A DNA stretch of 64,000 bases from Squalus acanthias (GCA_030390025.1 CM059432.1:123320001-123384000), one strand, 5' to 3'; numbered from the stretch's first letter, positions 10,952 to 24,084 are shown. The notes: generated by a model from the letters alone, not told the origin. Program-made: numbers and translations.

Positions 10952-13450
10952 CCCTGGGGGATACCACTAATCACATCCTACTCTCTGTCTCCTACCTACT
11001 AATCAATTCCCTAACCATAGATTGCCTTCCATTTTTGCTAACAGTCTCTTGTGTGGAACCTTATGGAATGCCTTCTGGAAGTCCATATAAATAACATTCA
11101 TAGACACTCCCTTATCTACCACGCACCTCAAAAACTTCAACTAGGTTAGTTAGACATGACTTACCCTTTATAAATCCATGCTGGCTCTCTCTGATCAGCT
11201 CATTTTTGTCCAAGTGCTCAGTCACTCTGTCCCTAATAACAGATTCTAGTAACTTCTCCACAACTGACGTTAGACTAAGAGGTCTGAAACTTCCTGATTT
11301 ATCACTCCTACCCTTCTTAAATAATGGAGTGACATTGGCAATTTTCTAATCCAATGGGACAATTCGAGTGTTTTGGAAGATCATGACTAAAGCATCTACA
11401 ATTTCCTCACCCACTCCTTTTAACACCCAGGGGTGTAAACCATCGAGTCCTGGAGATTTGTCTATCTTCGGTCTCATTATTTTTTTCATTACCATTTGTT
11501 TATTTATAGTAAATCTAGTAAGTTCCTCCCCTTGATTTATTTTTAGTTTTCCTCGTATCTCTGGCACTTTATCCTCCTCCTCTATTGTGCAGACGGATAC
11601 AAAGTAATTATTTAGCAAGTCGGCCATTTCCTTGTTTTCAATTACAAAATCACCTCTATCTGTCTTTAAGGGGCCCACATTACCCTTAGCCACCCTCTTT
11701 TTCTTAATATACTTATGAAAACATTTAGTGTTATCCTTGATATCCCTTGCAACTTTTTCCTCGTATTCCCTTTTTGCAGCTCTTACTTTCTTTGTTTCCC
11801 TTTGCTGTTCTTTATATCTCTCCCCGCCGCGGGATCTTCACTGTTCTTTGCATTTGTATAGCCCTTTCCTTTAACTTTATAACTATCTCTCACCTCTTCA
11901 ACTGACCAAAGTTGTTTAATTTCCAAGTCGAGCTCTTGCCCTTTAGGAGTAAATACAGACCTTGTATTGTACCAAATACGTCTTCGAACACCTTCCACTG
12001 TTCATCTGTAGTTTCACACGTTAACAGTTCTGCCCAGTCTACTGTGGTCAATTCCTGCCTCATCCCTCCAAAGTCCGCCTTACCTAAATTTAAAACCTTG
12101 GTTCCTGACTGACCCTTCTCCCTCTCAAACCTAATATTGAATTGTATCACATTATGGTCACCGTTAGCTAGGTGCTTCCTTACCGTTAGATTATTGACTA
12201 ATTCAGCCTCATAACTCATCACTAAATCTAAGATGGCCTGTTCCCTTGTTGGTTCAAGAACATATTGTTGCAGAAAACTGTCTCGAATACACTCAAGACA
12301 TTTGCTGCCTTTGGGAGTCGAGCTGTTCTGCTTCTTCCAGTCTAAGTGCAAATTATAGCCATTATAGCCACTATGCTTGTGAATCAAGCTTCTCTGCTCT
12401 CCCTATTTATGAACCTCGCTACTTCATCACTGCTATCAGGAGGTCTGTAGACAGCTGCCACCAAAGTCTTGCATCATTTTCTATTCCTCAATTCTACCCA
12501 GAGAGTGTCCATGGCCTGTTCACCCTGACTCACATCCCTGCCTTGTAAATCTGTAATAATGGGCTGGAAATTGCGGTCGGAGGCTTCCCGCGGGCGAATG
12601 CCGCCGAACCGCAAGTAAACTCCGCACCTACCCGGTGCCTCCGGAGCATCGAAGACTCGCGCTCCTGGCCCTGCAGGCGTAGGCCTGCGTAAAGGCCCAC
12701 GTATCCCAGGGGCGCTAGCGGTTTGCAAGCGTCCCTGGGATCACGTGGGCCGGCCCTACCAATCACAAAAGGGGATTCCTATTATGCTTATGGGGAGTCC
12801 ATTGACGTATGGAATCCCCATAGCATAATAGGAATAACATAAAAAACACACTTCCGCACAACCTAAATAAAAATAAATCACCAAATGGTCAAAATTAATT
12901 AAAATACAATTTAATTAAACATTTAAAACAAAAATGTAATTTTTTGAAAAATAAATTTAAACATTTTTAAAGGGGCCAAAAGTAACCTACACTAATTTTA
13001 AAGGTTTTAGAATGTTTAAATGATTTAAAAAATTGTAATTAAATATTTATTTAAATCCTTACGCTGGTAAAAGAAGGCCCTACCCTGCTTTTATCAGGCG
13101 TAAGAGTTTCGTGGGCATTTGTTGGGCAGTAGATAGTCCAACTCTGCGCCAGCCAATGTCCATTTCAAGCGGATGCTTACCATCTGTCGGGTTGAAACTT
13201 GACAGATCGCAAGTTCCGGGTTTTCGCGCATGTGCATCACATGTGGAAACCCGGACCTTGCGGGGCACTTACGGCTGCGTACACACACAGGCCCCGGAAA
13301 ATCTGGGCCTGCGTATTTTCTCAATATTGATACTCTTCCTTTTCCAATTTCCCTGTCCTTTCTAAAGATGTTATAACGTGGAATATTTATCTTCCAATTA
13401 TGCCCAGCTTGTAGCCAGGTCTCAGTGATGGCCACTATGTCATACCACAC
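10952..13450 (-). mobile_element. Decayed CR1 LINE (AP endonuclease to RT), interrupted by a MITE
   Basis: Motifs DIVAITETWL, PTREQAILDLV, ADLLNNYFVSV and KSPGLDGLHPWVLK in the minus-strand ORFs. Confidence 0.85.
12561..13309. mobile_element. Harbinger-type MITE (GC-rich ends, AT-rich core) inserted in the CR1 endonuclease region
   Basis: Ends GGGCTGGAAATT and AAAATCTGGGCC; homologous in reverse orientation to 43603-44363. The CR1 reading frame resumes on both sides. TSD not clear. Confidence 0.7.
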
Positions 13451-14540
13451 TTCAAAAGTACTTCATTGGCTGTAAAGCACTTTGGGGCGTCCTGAGGTCG
13501 TGACAGACGCTATATAAATGCAAGTTCCTTTTCTTCTTTTCTTTACCCTTTAAGATGGAGCCTTATAATATATTATAATAGTGATAATATAAAACTAGAA
13601 TAAACACTTGAATATAATTTTAAGTAGAATAATAAAAATAAATCACTAAAGCCCTTTACGCTTACACATCCTGTATTCCCTATTTTCCCACTGACGGCAT
13701 TTCCATGGTCCCATGATCCCAGTTAGAGCAGCGATTGCAGTGGTCATATCGTGGGAAATCACGGATAGACAGCCCAGGAGCACCACTCCCCGCTGGATTG
13801 CAGGGGCATAGAACTAGCCATATTGTCTCTTCCTTCACATATGCTCCAGTTTTAGCTTTAATGTTAATTTTACTTTTTAAACTAACCTACCTATTCTTGC
13901 CCGTTTTTAAGAGAATAAAGGAGTCTCTCCTTTTGGTTCATTTTGAAAGGGAAGTGAATTGTTAAAACTTGCAGATTTTGACTGCCCAAGTCAAAAGCCA
14001 GCAGACTGAGAGTCAATGCTTATATTTCTGCCGAATGCAAAAGTTAACCTGTGTCAGACCTGCCCGGATCACAATGCAAATTGGATCATGTGAGATAATG
14101 TCAGGTTCCTGATTCAATTTTTTTCTATTTCATGCAGACAGCACTACGGTTATGATCAGACAGGACTGCAAAAACAAATGTTTCACAGTGATGTGACCAG
14201 AACCACTCTGCAATCCCCATGTCAATTCAGTTCTCATTTAAAAACAAATTGACATCTAATTTTTATCATTGCTTGTCTAATGTATCCTGTTAACAGCGTA
14301 TGAGGAGGAACAATGATCCATACCTCTCTCATGGAGCTGAGCACATCACTTATAACTTTACCACTCGTTTGTCATCAGGCCAGGCTATTTGTGCAACATA
14401 AGTCACATTCCACAGCCGCCTACCAATAAAACATCCTTTGATTCACGGTCTGAAATATGATAAGTCATATGTATGCTATAAGAAGTGTCAAATACTCGAC
14501 TGTAACACCATTTACAAGGGTATCGTTTTCACAAAAATCA

Positions 14541-14897
14541 TTTTTAGGATGCAGGTGCCACTGGCAGGGCCAGCATTTATTGCCCATCCATAGTTGTGCT
14601 AATACAACAGAGTGGCTTGCTAGGCCACGTCAGAGGGCAGTTCAGAGTCAACCACGTTGTTGTGGGTCTGGAGTCACACATAGGCCAGACCGGGTAAGGG
14701 CGGCAGATTTCCTTCCCTAAAGGACATTAATGAACCCATTGGGTTTTTATAACAATCCTACTGTGTCATGGCCACTTTTTACTGTTACCAGATTTTTTTA
14801 ATTGAATTCAAATTCTCAAATTGCCATGGTGGGATTTAAACTCACCTTCTTATTAGTCCAGGCCTCTGGAATACTAGTCGAGCAACATAACTACTAC
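14541..14897 (-). mobile_element. tRNA-headed SINE (same family as 8852-9285)
   Basis: Reverse complement of the head (...gtggcttgctaggcc...tctggagtcacacataggccagaccgggtaagg) and of the tail (gcatttattgcccatcc). Confidence 0.8.
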
Positions 14898-15442
14898 TCT
14901 ATCAATGATGAGAAAGAGACTACAGAAATTTAAAAATAATGTTTAATTTGCTCTTGGGATTTAGGCAACATTGCACTTCTTGCCTCTCCTTCCTATATAG
15001 TAATTGTTTTTTTACAGATGCATGGCTTGCTGGGCCGCTTCAGAGAGAACTAATAGTCAACCTGAAACATGGCACTGCAGTCACATGTAAGCCTGACCAG
15101 GTAGGGATGACATGTTCCCTTACTTGAGTCACTCAGGGATTTCAGGCCCCTTGCGACTGGAGTGAAAGGGACAGCAGCCAAACCAAACCAAACCTAAACA
15201 AACACAATGCTAGAATTTTGTCACCATTCGGTTCTGAAATTCCATCGCCAGGTGTATCATTTTGGGGCATGTATGGAAACAAATGGTAGACTGCCAGAGT
15301 TACTGAATAATCAGACAGTGCTTGTATAGATTCAATGGTGAAAACGTCATGGGTGGGTTTTCCTTTGGGGCATTTCCTCTTCCCTGACCCCACAATGACC
15401 CTCACCCATGTTCCTGGGACGTGGTTCTATCAATATGCTGTG

Positions 15443-15812
15443 AGAAGAAGAAGATCCTGCATTTATACAGCACCTTTCAAGATGTCACAAAGCACTTCAC
15501 GGTCAATTAAATACTTTTCGAGGTGTAGTCATTGTTGTAATGTAAGAAAATGCAGCAACCAATTTGCCCGCAGCAAACAGCAATGGCATAAATGACCAGA
15601 TAATCTCTTTTTAGTGATGCTGGTTGGGAGATATATCTTGTCCAGGACACTGGGTGAAATCCCCCACTCTTCTTCGAAGGGCACCATGGAATCTTTTGCG
15701 TCCATCTCAGAGGGCAGACGGGGCCTCGGTTTAACATCTCATCCGAAAAACAGCACCCCCGACAGTGCAGCACTCCCTCAGTACTGCACTGCAGGTTCAG
15801 CCCAGATTGTGT
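15443..15812 (-). mobile_element. DeuSINE (SacSINE1-like), 5'-truncated
   Basis: Reverse complement of the body of 62673-63140. Confidence 0.75.
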
Positions 15813-16224
15813 GAGAGAGCAAACCTTGGTGGTGGTGCTGCAGCAGGACACCCACTTCAACACCAGAAGGTGGAGGAGACATTTTAAAGGGGGCAGAAGT
15901 GCCCTAAAAATTGTTTTTATATACTACAGTGAGACTCTCCATGAGCCATGTGACCTCAAAGAAGAACTAAGGATCCTGAGAAGAGGGAGAGGTGCCCACT
16001 CCTCGGCTCTGTCCTTCCAACATTGGGTTTACTGCTGCAGCCCCTGTGTCTGCCATCAATCTTCTCCTGTTGGTCACTTGGGTCAGCAGTATTTGATGCA
16101 GAAAAATCTACTGATATCCCTGACCCTCCCACCAGCACTTGCATGTGAGGCATAGTCAAATGGCAGGCAGCCTTTGCTACTGGGACTGGGTGGGGGAGAA
16201 GATTCCTAGCAGTGCTCGCAACTC

Positions 16225-17040
16225 CTCCACTGCCTTTGTGTTGTCAGGCTGCCTGTCCTACATCCAGTGTTGGATGAGCGGCAATTACCTTCAGTTAAAC
16301 ATGGGGAAGACTGAAGACATCGTCTTCAGACCCCGCCACAAACTCCGCATCCTTGCCACCTATTCCATCCCCATCGATGGCCACTGTCTCACGCTGAACC
16401 AGATTGTTCACAATCTCCCATTGGACCCAGAGCTGAGCATCCAACCTCATATTCTCTCCATCACAAAGAGCGTCTACTTCTGTGTCCTCCCCTACCTCAG
16501 TCTATCTGCTGCTGAAACCCTCAACCATGCCTCTGACACCTCGACTATTCCAATGCTCTCCTTGGCTGGCCTCCCATTCTCCACCTTCCAATAACTTCAG
16601 TTCATTTTCTGCTCCTCATTTCCTATTCTGCACCAAGTACCACTAACCCATCACCCCTCTCCTTGCTGACCTACATTAGCTCCCTACCCCCCAAACACCT
16701 CAAATTTTAAATTCCTCTATGGTCTCACTCCTCCCTAACTCCTCCAGCCCTACTGTTGACCAGAATTCTCCATTCCTCGAACTCTGGATTCTTGTGCATC
16801 GCCTCCTCCCTTTGCCCCACCATTGGCCCTCAGCTGTCCAGGCCCTGCACTCTAGAATTCCTCAATAAAGGATTTCCACCTTCCTCTTCTCCTTTAAGAC
16901 TCTTTAAAACCCACCATTTTGACCAACCTTTGGGTCACCACTCCTAATATCTCCTTTTTTTTTCCTGATTATGCCTCTGTGAAGCACCTTGGATGATTTT
17001 GCTATGGTAAAAGCGCTATATAAATGTAAGTTGCTGTTGC
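16225..17040 (+). mobile_element. Decayed L2 LINE 3' portion
   Basis: CLSYIQCWMSGNYLQLNMGKTE and LSLSAAETL motifs; L2 tail aaagcgctatataaatgtaagttgctgttg. Confidence 0.8.
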
Positions 17041-17620
17041 ACTTCTTCCATCAGTATCTCCGAAGCTTCATCTGAAAATGGAGACGTTCTGCCTCTTGGT
17101 CTAGCCACGATTTCTTCTCTGCATAGCAACAACACAAATGTCAAGTTGCAGCCTTTACGAGCTGCTGAGCTAAAGCTGAGCATCATATCTAGCCCCCTAT
17201 TGATAGTGAGCTACCACAGGCAGACCTGATGAGGGCTGAGAGCTCACTATGAATAGTCATGATGCTGACTTCAGCAAATCCCTCAGGGTCAGCCCAGTAT
17301 GATATTGGCAAGTGCTCTTGCTGCTTTAGTGCCCATATCAGAAACTTCAGCCAATGGTCTTTTTATCACCCTCTCCGCAAAGGAAGATTGAATTTGCGTT
17401 ATCTTTCTATTTATTTCCCCAATAAGCAATTGAACAGCTTGATGCAGAAATTACATTAGTTGAAAGATTGTGGCTGGGTCCCACTTATCTGAAAGCAGAA
17501 AATTGTTCGCCCTTGAAGTGATCAAACATAGTTTCTCTTCCTCTCTCCTGCTAATATCAATTGACATTGAATTCACCTGTTTCTTTTTGGAATTAAGAGC
17601 TATTGTGTCTTCTCTTTCAG

Positions 17621-17870
17621 TTATTTTGCACGTACTTCAAAATACTCAGGTACCCAACTGTCTGCAGAGATATCCATTTATGATATCGATGAGCCTGGCC
17701 ATCTCCATTTCAATATCAATCTAATTAGACTTTGCATTAGCAGCAAGAAGAAACCACTCCAATATAATGTAGTACATGTGAGAACTTGGGAACAGCCTAA
17801 TCCATCAGGATTTCTGCTACAGCGATTGTTTTTAAATGGAATCACAATATGTATGAATCCCTATAAACCC
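17621..17870 (+). CDS. Candidate internal exon of an unidentified gene (250 nt, phase 2 to phase 0)
   Basis: Acceptor tgtgtcttctctttcag| and donor |gtaagt flank 83 stop-free codons (YFARTSKYSG...ICMNPYKP) in non-repetitive AT-rich DNA. No homolog recognised. Confidence 0.35.
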
Positions 17871-18443
17871 GTAAGTACTCTGCTGAGAAATGTTACGTTT
17901 GGATTACGATTTCCACAGACAAGGTACAACAGCAGCTGATTTGTAAATCTTTGTACCAGAGTCCATTCAATTATTCATTCAATTCAACTAAAACAATAGG
18001 GAGAGGTGAGGGAAGCTTAATTTGAAAAACAATAAGGTAAATGTTATCAGCTAGTGCTCGGGGAATAGAGCCTTGTTCAAAGGGAGGTCAAAATAAATAA
18101 CTGGATGTGGAGGTCATGAATATTAAGAACTGGAGAATTCAGAGGGCTACAAATCGCCCGCGCTTGCCTCGGAGCGCCGGGCATTATTTCCAGCCACCTA
18201 TTGACAGTGAGCACCCATAAGCAGGCCCGATGTGGGCTAGAGACCTCACTCTGAATTATTAATGGGGCTGACCTCAGCAAATCCCATGGGGTCAGCCCAG
18301 TATAATATTGGCAAGTGCTAAATCTAATCTGTCCTTCTTTCTGTGCCAGGAGAACAAACTTCTCCAATTTACCCCCAAACCAATAAACCCCACCTACGCA
18401 ATGAAGTTAATTGAGAAGATTGACCAATCATTTATAAAGTAGT

Positions 18444-18568
18444 CACTGGCCGGAAATTTCCTCGGAGCTGGAGCTGCTCCTGCTGCGCAGGTATAAACGG
18501 GGTTTCCACCGCACTTCCGACAAATTAACGGCAGCGGAGTGCGAGCAGCTCCAAGGAATTTCCCAGTG
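18444..18568. mobile_element. Small palindromic MITE
   Basis: Inverted ends cactggccggaaatttcctcggagctg and cagctccaaggaatttcccagtg. Confidence 0.55.
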
Positions 18569-19269
18569 TCAAAAGGAAGTGCACATGGCTGTGCAAACAC
18601 TTCAAACTAAAAAGGTCCAAAAGAAATCAGTTGGGAATAGTTACTTAGCACTAGTTGATCGCCAGTGGCATTGCACACAGGGGCCCTGGATTTCTTCATT
18701 GTGCCTCTGCCTCTCCGGCAAAGGCATGATGGGCCGAATGGCCTCATTCTGTACTGCATGATTCAAGATGATTCTATGATTCTTCAGCACTTACGCCGAT
18801 TGTGACACCGGTATTGCGCCTAAAAGATCAAGGAAATTTGCGTTTTAGCGCATGTGCCATTATTGCGCTAAATCTCCTCAATCTTTTTATCAGTGCAGAT
18901 CTTATGTCCATCAAAGCCCCTTAGGGCTCATTTGCATAGCTGCACTGTTCATGTATATGGCACTTTCCTGGATTTATTATGCACCTACAATTGGTATAAC
19001 TTTATACCCAGAAAAAACAGTCTAACAGCCCCCTTAGCACTTCAGACAAGTGTAAGTGAGGAGTTGAGCTGAAGAGGGAACCAACTTCACTTACTGATTA
19101 TAGGCTTCCGAGGAACTTTTTTAAATCCCTTCCTTCACATTTCTTAATCACTGATACCTGCTCTTCATTTTACTGTAGTACTTTCGTCTCTTCCCAGACA
19201 GCAATTATAGGACCCCCCCAGCTTCCCTCACCCCCACCCCCACACTCAGATCGACTGCGGGCAAGCAAT

Positions 19270-19946
19270 GGCTTTCACCATGGGCACACCACTCAATGCC
19301 ATCAGAATGGCGGAGGAGTGGCAATAGAAGTATATCGTGGCCAGGAGAATCAGGCAGCATGGCAGAGAACACAAGCATATCAGGTATGACCCTCCCCAAC
19401 GTGTCTACAGGTTGCACCGGTCCCATGAGGATCTCTCTAGGAACCATGCATCCAACAGTTGTTCCTCTCCAAGGATGCCGTTGGGCATCTCTGCCTCTTT
19501 AACACAGAGATTTGCAGACTCACTCCATTGTCGCAACTGCTCTGTGGGTGGCAATTAAAGTGACAGCAGCCCTCAACTCTTATGCTCCAGATCCTTCCAG
19601 TCTGCCACAGGAGATCTGTGCAACATTAACCAGGGAGCTGCCCTGCTCTGCATCCGGCAGGAGATGGATGCCCCCTTTTCATTGTGCAGCCGAATTCATC
19701 AATTTTGACATCACCCCCAGGCAGCAAAGGCACAGAGCCAGGGACTTCACCAGGATCGCTGTGTTCCCTCGGGCGCAGGATGCCACAATGGCACACACGT
19801 CCGAGCAGTCGCCAACATGTGTGAATAGGAAGGGGATCCAGTCCCAGGATGTCCAGATCGTCTGTGATGCAAAGCAGGTCGTGTCCTCATTCGCCGCTGC
19901 CAGGAGCATCAGAGGGCAGCTTCTGCAGGATGCCTTCATCGACTGA
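19270..19946 (+). pseudogene. Harbinger (HARBI1-like, DDE_Tnp_4) transposase remnant
   Basis: ALWVAIKVTAALN, RARDFTRIAVFPRAQDA and CVNRKGIQSQDVQIVCDA (compare F..IAGFP.V.GAIDCTH and NRKG.HS.NVQ.VCD). Confidence 0.8.
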
Positions 19947-20454
19947 TCGACTGCTAGTGGCTGCACCTCGGCCCTACCTTCTTCTATGCGCCCTATGAGA
20001 TGATACCAAAGCAGCTCTCTTCAGCCCAGCAGTACCTTGCCAGGAATTCTCCGGTGAAGAAGTCTAAACCTCTTGAATGATCTATTTCCTGACTTGCTGT
20101 AAAGTTCATAAATAATAAATCATAGGAAAGTGCCCAGTGTATTTAAAGCAAGCAATTATTTTACTGCAAGCTAAAGGGGATGGAAGTTTGTGTGTGAGGA
20201 TAAGGCTGTCAGTTAAGGAGTGTCTGGCAATTGTGACGGGAGAGGTGAAGTGAGAGATGTGACGGTGTGAGGATGTTAGAGTGGAGGAAGGTGTTTTGGA
20301 GTTGTGCAAGGCAGTTGGTGTGTGTTAGGGACCTGAAGGCACTCTTAGCCAGAGTGTAGTGTGAAAGCCTAATAGTGTGAGTGTTGCTTTAAGAGAGTGA
20401 TGGGTGTGGTGGTGCCCAGGGCATGCAGGGAGGAAAGGGAGAGTGTGGTGACAT

Positions 20455-20730
20455 GCTACCCTTGCCTGCCCTCGTGAAGTGTTTTCACTTCTTTCTGCAC
20501 TGTTGATCAGTCCTGGGTGTGAGGGAGTTGGGAGTCAGTGCCAGTGCCTGCTCCCTGCAGGCGGCATGACTGATGTTGGTGTCCAGCTTGGTGAAGGAAT
20601 GTCCCAGGAGTGTGAGGCTACTGCCTTGTAATCTTGGAGAAGAGCTTGGCAATCTTCATCAGATAAGCTGGTTGCGCTTCTTCTGCCTGCTGCCCTGGCG
20701 TGGAGCCCAGTGGACACAGTTGGCAACTAA
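20455..20730 (-). pseudogene. Harbinger Myb/SANT-like remnant
   Basis: RRSATSLSDEDCQALLQ, then by frameshift PRTDQQCRKK on the minus strand. Confidence 0.6.
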
Positions 20731-21209
20731 GTGGGCATGGTAGTGCCAATCTGGACTGATCTGTGGGTGAGAGATATCGTCATGTGATTTGATGGAACTT
20801 GGCAGCAAAACCACTTGTCAGCTGCTTATCTTGTTGCCAGGAAATGTGCTGCTGCTACCGGGCATTTGTGGAGTACTTTCAAAGAGTTACACTGTTGTTG
20901 CACGGAAATTTGCTTGGGGAGAGGGGAGGCAGAAGGGGGGGCAGCATCTTGCACAGTTACTACACTCAAGTTACATCAGTGCTGCACTAGAAATATTTAA
21001 GTAAACTTACACCAGGAAACTTGTGATCAGCATAACTTTCCGACAAAGGCATAACAGCGGTGTAACTGACATTGTGGAAATTCAGGGCCAGGGAGTCAAG
21101 GCCGTCTGTCACCTGCCGGATGGATGCAGTTCTCAGGTAAACTGAGGTTAGAAGGCTGCGGATCACCTTTTAAGGTCATATATTCTGTCCTTGTTTTTAC
21201 ATTGCCCTT

Positions 21210-21901
21210 ATGAAGGGCAGGTTGAGAAAGCGGTTAAAAAAGCATTTTGGGATCCTGGGCATCATAAATAGAGGCATAGAGTACAAAAGCAAGTTATTAA
21301 ACACTGGCGCGAAGGACCAAATGGCCTACTCCTGCTCCTATTTCTTATGTTCTCAACTGGAGTATTGTGTCCAATTCTGGGCACCGTACTTTAGGAAGGA
21401 TGTGAAGGCCTTAGAGAGGGTACAGAAAAGATTTACGAGAATGATTCCAGGGATGAGGGACTTCAGTTACGTGGATAGACTAGAGAAGCTGGGGTTGTTC
21501 TCCTTAGAGCAGAGAAGGTTGAGAGGAGATTTGATAGAGGTGTTCAAAATCATGAGGGGTCTGGACAGAGTAAATAGAGAGAAACTGTTCCTATTTGCGG
21601 AAAGGTCGAGAACCAGAGGACACAGATTTAAGGTGAATGGCAGAAGAACCAAAGGCGACATGAGGGAAAACCTTTTTACGCGGCGAGTGGTTAGGAGCTG
21701 GAATCCATGAAGGGTGGTGGAGGCAGACTCAATCGTGGCTTTCAAAAGGGAATTGGATAAGTACCTGAAGGAAAAAATTTGCAGGGCTACGGGGAAAGGG
21801 CAGGGGGAGTGGGACTAGCTGAAGTGCTCTTGCAGAGAGCCGGCACAGGCTCGACGGGCCGAATGGCCTCCTTCCGTGCTGTAACCATTCTATGATTCTA
21901 T
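21210..21901 (+). mobile_element. CR1 LINE 3' end, with a ~55-bp CR1-tail fragment inserted at about 21295-21350
   Basis: LEYCVQFWAPYFRKDVKALERVQKRFTRMIPG motif; (ATTCTATG)n tail. Confidence 0.9.
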
Positions 21902-22794
21902 GGGGTAAAAATTCAGTTGGTTGCGCCTCCCGTTAGCGCCTTAAGAGGGCGCTAATGGGGCGCAAAGCCGCTAACGCCCGGGCGCAGCGATGTTTGCGCC
22001 GCTCGGGAACTTAACTTGACATTGTGCGGCGGCGCTAAAACTTACCGCTGCGACCACCTGCGCGCGCAGATTGTGACGTCATTCCATGGTGCAACGCCCT
22101 TGTGGCGCCCCGGAGCGGAAATTGAGTGGCGCCCCCTGCCTTACCGCCTGGCGCTTCCAACGACCAGAAGACTGGAACGCTATCAATCGCTGTGGGGCTG
22201 GGGGGGGCGCTATTTAAAGGGGGCCTCTTCCTGTCTTTTATTGTTGGTGGCATTTTTGAACTGCGCATTCTGAGAGAGAGAGGGAGAGACTTCTGGAGAG
22301 ATTCAACGTTGTGTGAAGGAGTTTTGGGTACTGAGCAGCACTTTGCAGGTTCATTTTGATTTGCCATTCCTTGTATTGATTTAGCAGAGACTGTGGGAGC
22401 TGCACTCTGAGCTCTTTGCCTGGTACTCTCCATTGTTCTTTCCAGCACATTTGATGTGCAAGTCTCTCCAGGCCGAGATTCAAGGCTGCAATGAACAGGA
22501 TGTGGATGGAAAGCAAGATTAACCAGCCCCTTTAAGAACTGGCCCGTTCCATTGTGTGTGTGTTCCATTGCTGACTGACATTACATGAGCTTCGCCAGCG
22601 CTCTGAGTTAGCGCCTCACTCCTTGGCCTTTGCGCCTTAAGACAGGTGTGCAGCGCCTGCTTTAGCGCTCCACTCACCTACCGGGGCGGTAAAAGTGAAG
22701 TTTCCAGTCAGTGCCGATAATTAGCGCCAGGCGCTAATATTTGCGTCCAGACGATATTTGCGCCCCAAATGGGGCGCGACCTAATTTCTACCCC
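21902..22794. mobile_element. CpG-rich Harbinger-type MITE inserted in the CR1 tail
   Basis: Ends GGGGTAAAAATT and AATTTCTACCCC; TAT TSD at 21899-21901 and 22795-22797. Confidence 0.8.
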
Positions 22795-23164
22795 TATGAA
22801 TTCCTATAGAGCACTGCCACTGGCAGGAGTGTGTAATTACAGTGTGTCACAGTTACATAGGAAGTTCCCATTATAAATGTGGACACAGGAATTTATGATG
22901 GAAAAGGTTGCTAGGAAGCGTGCACAAATGAAAGATTTTCAATTTATTACTAATAGATCTCCCATGGTGCTGTTCATGGTGAGTCAAAGGTTTCACTGTT
23001 TCATGATAATATCGATGCATATGCCATAGCAGGGATTTATAGATGCTGATTAAGTTAAATTCATTTTTCTTAAATAGTATTCTGGAACTTTTACCAGTGC
23101 TTTGGGGATTGAATTTCATAACTATTATTCTGTGAAAACTGTAAATGAGTGGCTTTTATATTTT

Positions 23165-23535
23165 TTTATTCGTAGGATTTGGGTGACGTTGGCAAGGCCT
23201 AATTAATTATCCATCTCATGTTACCCTGACAATTGACTGGCTTGTTAGGCCACCTCAGAGGGCATTGAGAGTCAACCATATTGTGTAGAACTGGAGTCAC
23301 GTGTAGGTAAACTGGGTAGGACTGGCAGGTTCCCTTTCCTGAAAGACATCATTGAAGCAGTTGGGTATTTATTAAAATATGGCAGCTTGCATGGCCATTT
23401 CTTCTAGTGCCAGCCCACAATTTTACAAGATTTATTGAATTCAATTCCCTGACTTATTATTGTGTTATTTAACCTTCAACTTCTGAACTCGCAACTAGAT
23501 TGCTAGTCTAATACCATAAGCACCATACCACCGTA
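23165..23535 (-). mobile_element. Decayed tRNA-headed SINE (8852-9285 family)
   Basis: gactggcttgttaggccacctcagagggc...gagtcaacc...ctggagtcac similarity to the family. Confidence 0.65.
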
Positions 23536-24084
23536 CTCTGAACATAATAAACAACTTCTATTTACATATATCTGTGTATTTCATTTTATCCCAAACCATT
23601 TTTAAAGCTGAGAATACACAGCAAGATGATTGGCAAAATGCATCAATTGGAGATAGATATTTGGAGACCAAAAATCCATGGATCACAAACCGCTGGGATT
23701 GTGCCCACTGGTGCCTGGCAGTGCTGTTTGCTCATTTCCATTACATGTCGTGCTTATGGTGCATCAGAAGCTCCACTGCCTGCTCACCTGGCAGGGGGCA
23801 ATTGCCCGAACTCTCATCCCCCTAACCCAACACTTGGTAGGGGATTGAACGGTCAAATCTTATTTTTTAATTCTCCTTGTGGAGGCCAGTATGCCTCATC
23901 CCACCAGGCGTATGATTCCCTGCAGATACGCTGCACCACAACTGAGCCCGAGGAACGGGAACTCCATGTGTCAAGCTGTGGCTCAGTGGGTAGCACTCTC
24001 ACCTCTGAGTCAGAAGGTTGTGGGTTCAAGTCCCACTCCAGAGACTCACTCGCAGAGCCCCAAGAGGGAGGGGGAGCGCTTCCA

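Larger units (their letters stand above)
18785..21089. mobile_element. PIF/Harbinger remnant with convergent transposase (+) and Myb (-) genes
   Basis: Both coding remnants are present; right end GGAAATTCAGGGCC matches the family TIR. Left boundary uncertain. Confidence 0.7.

Noticed and set aside
14297..14519. Exon-like segment (RMRRNNDPYL...CNTIYK)
   Set aside because: Contains an in-frame TAA, has a weak donor, and its phase does not match the 17621 candidate exon.
19512..19946. Host HARBI1 gene
   Set aside because: Catalytic motifs are degenerate and truncated, and it sits within a transposon next to a Myb remnant.
23609..23970. Possible next exon after 17870 (LRIHSKMIGKMHQLEIDIWRP...)
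   Set aside because: The acceptor is plausible, but there is no clear donor or recognisable homology, and the frame runs into a SINE head.
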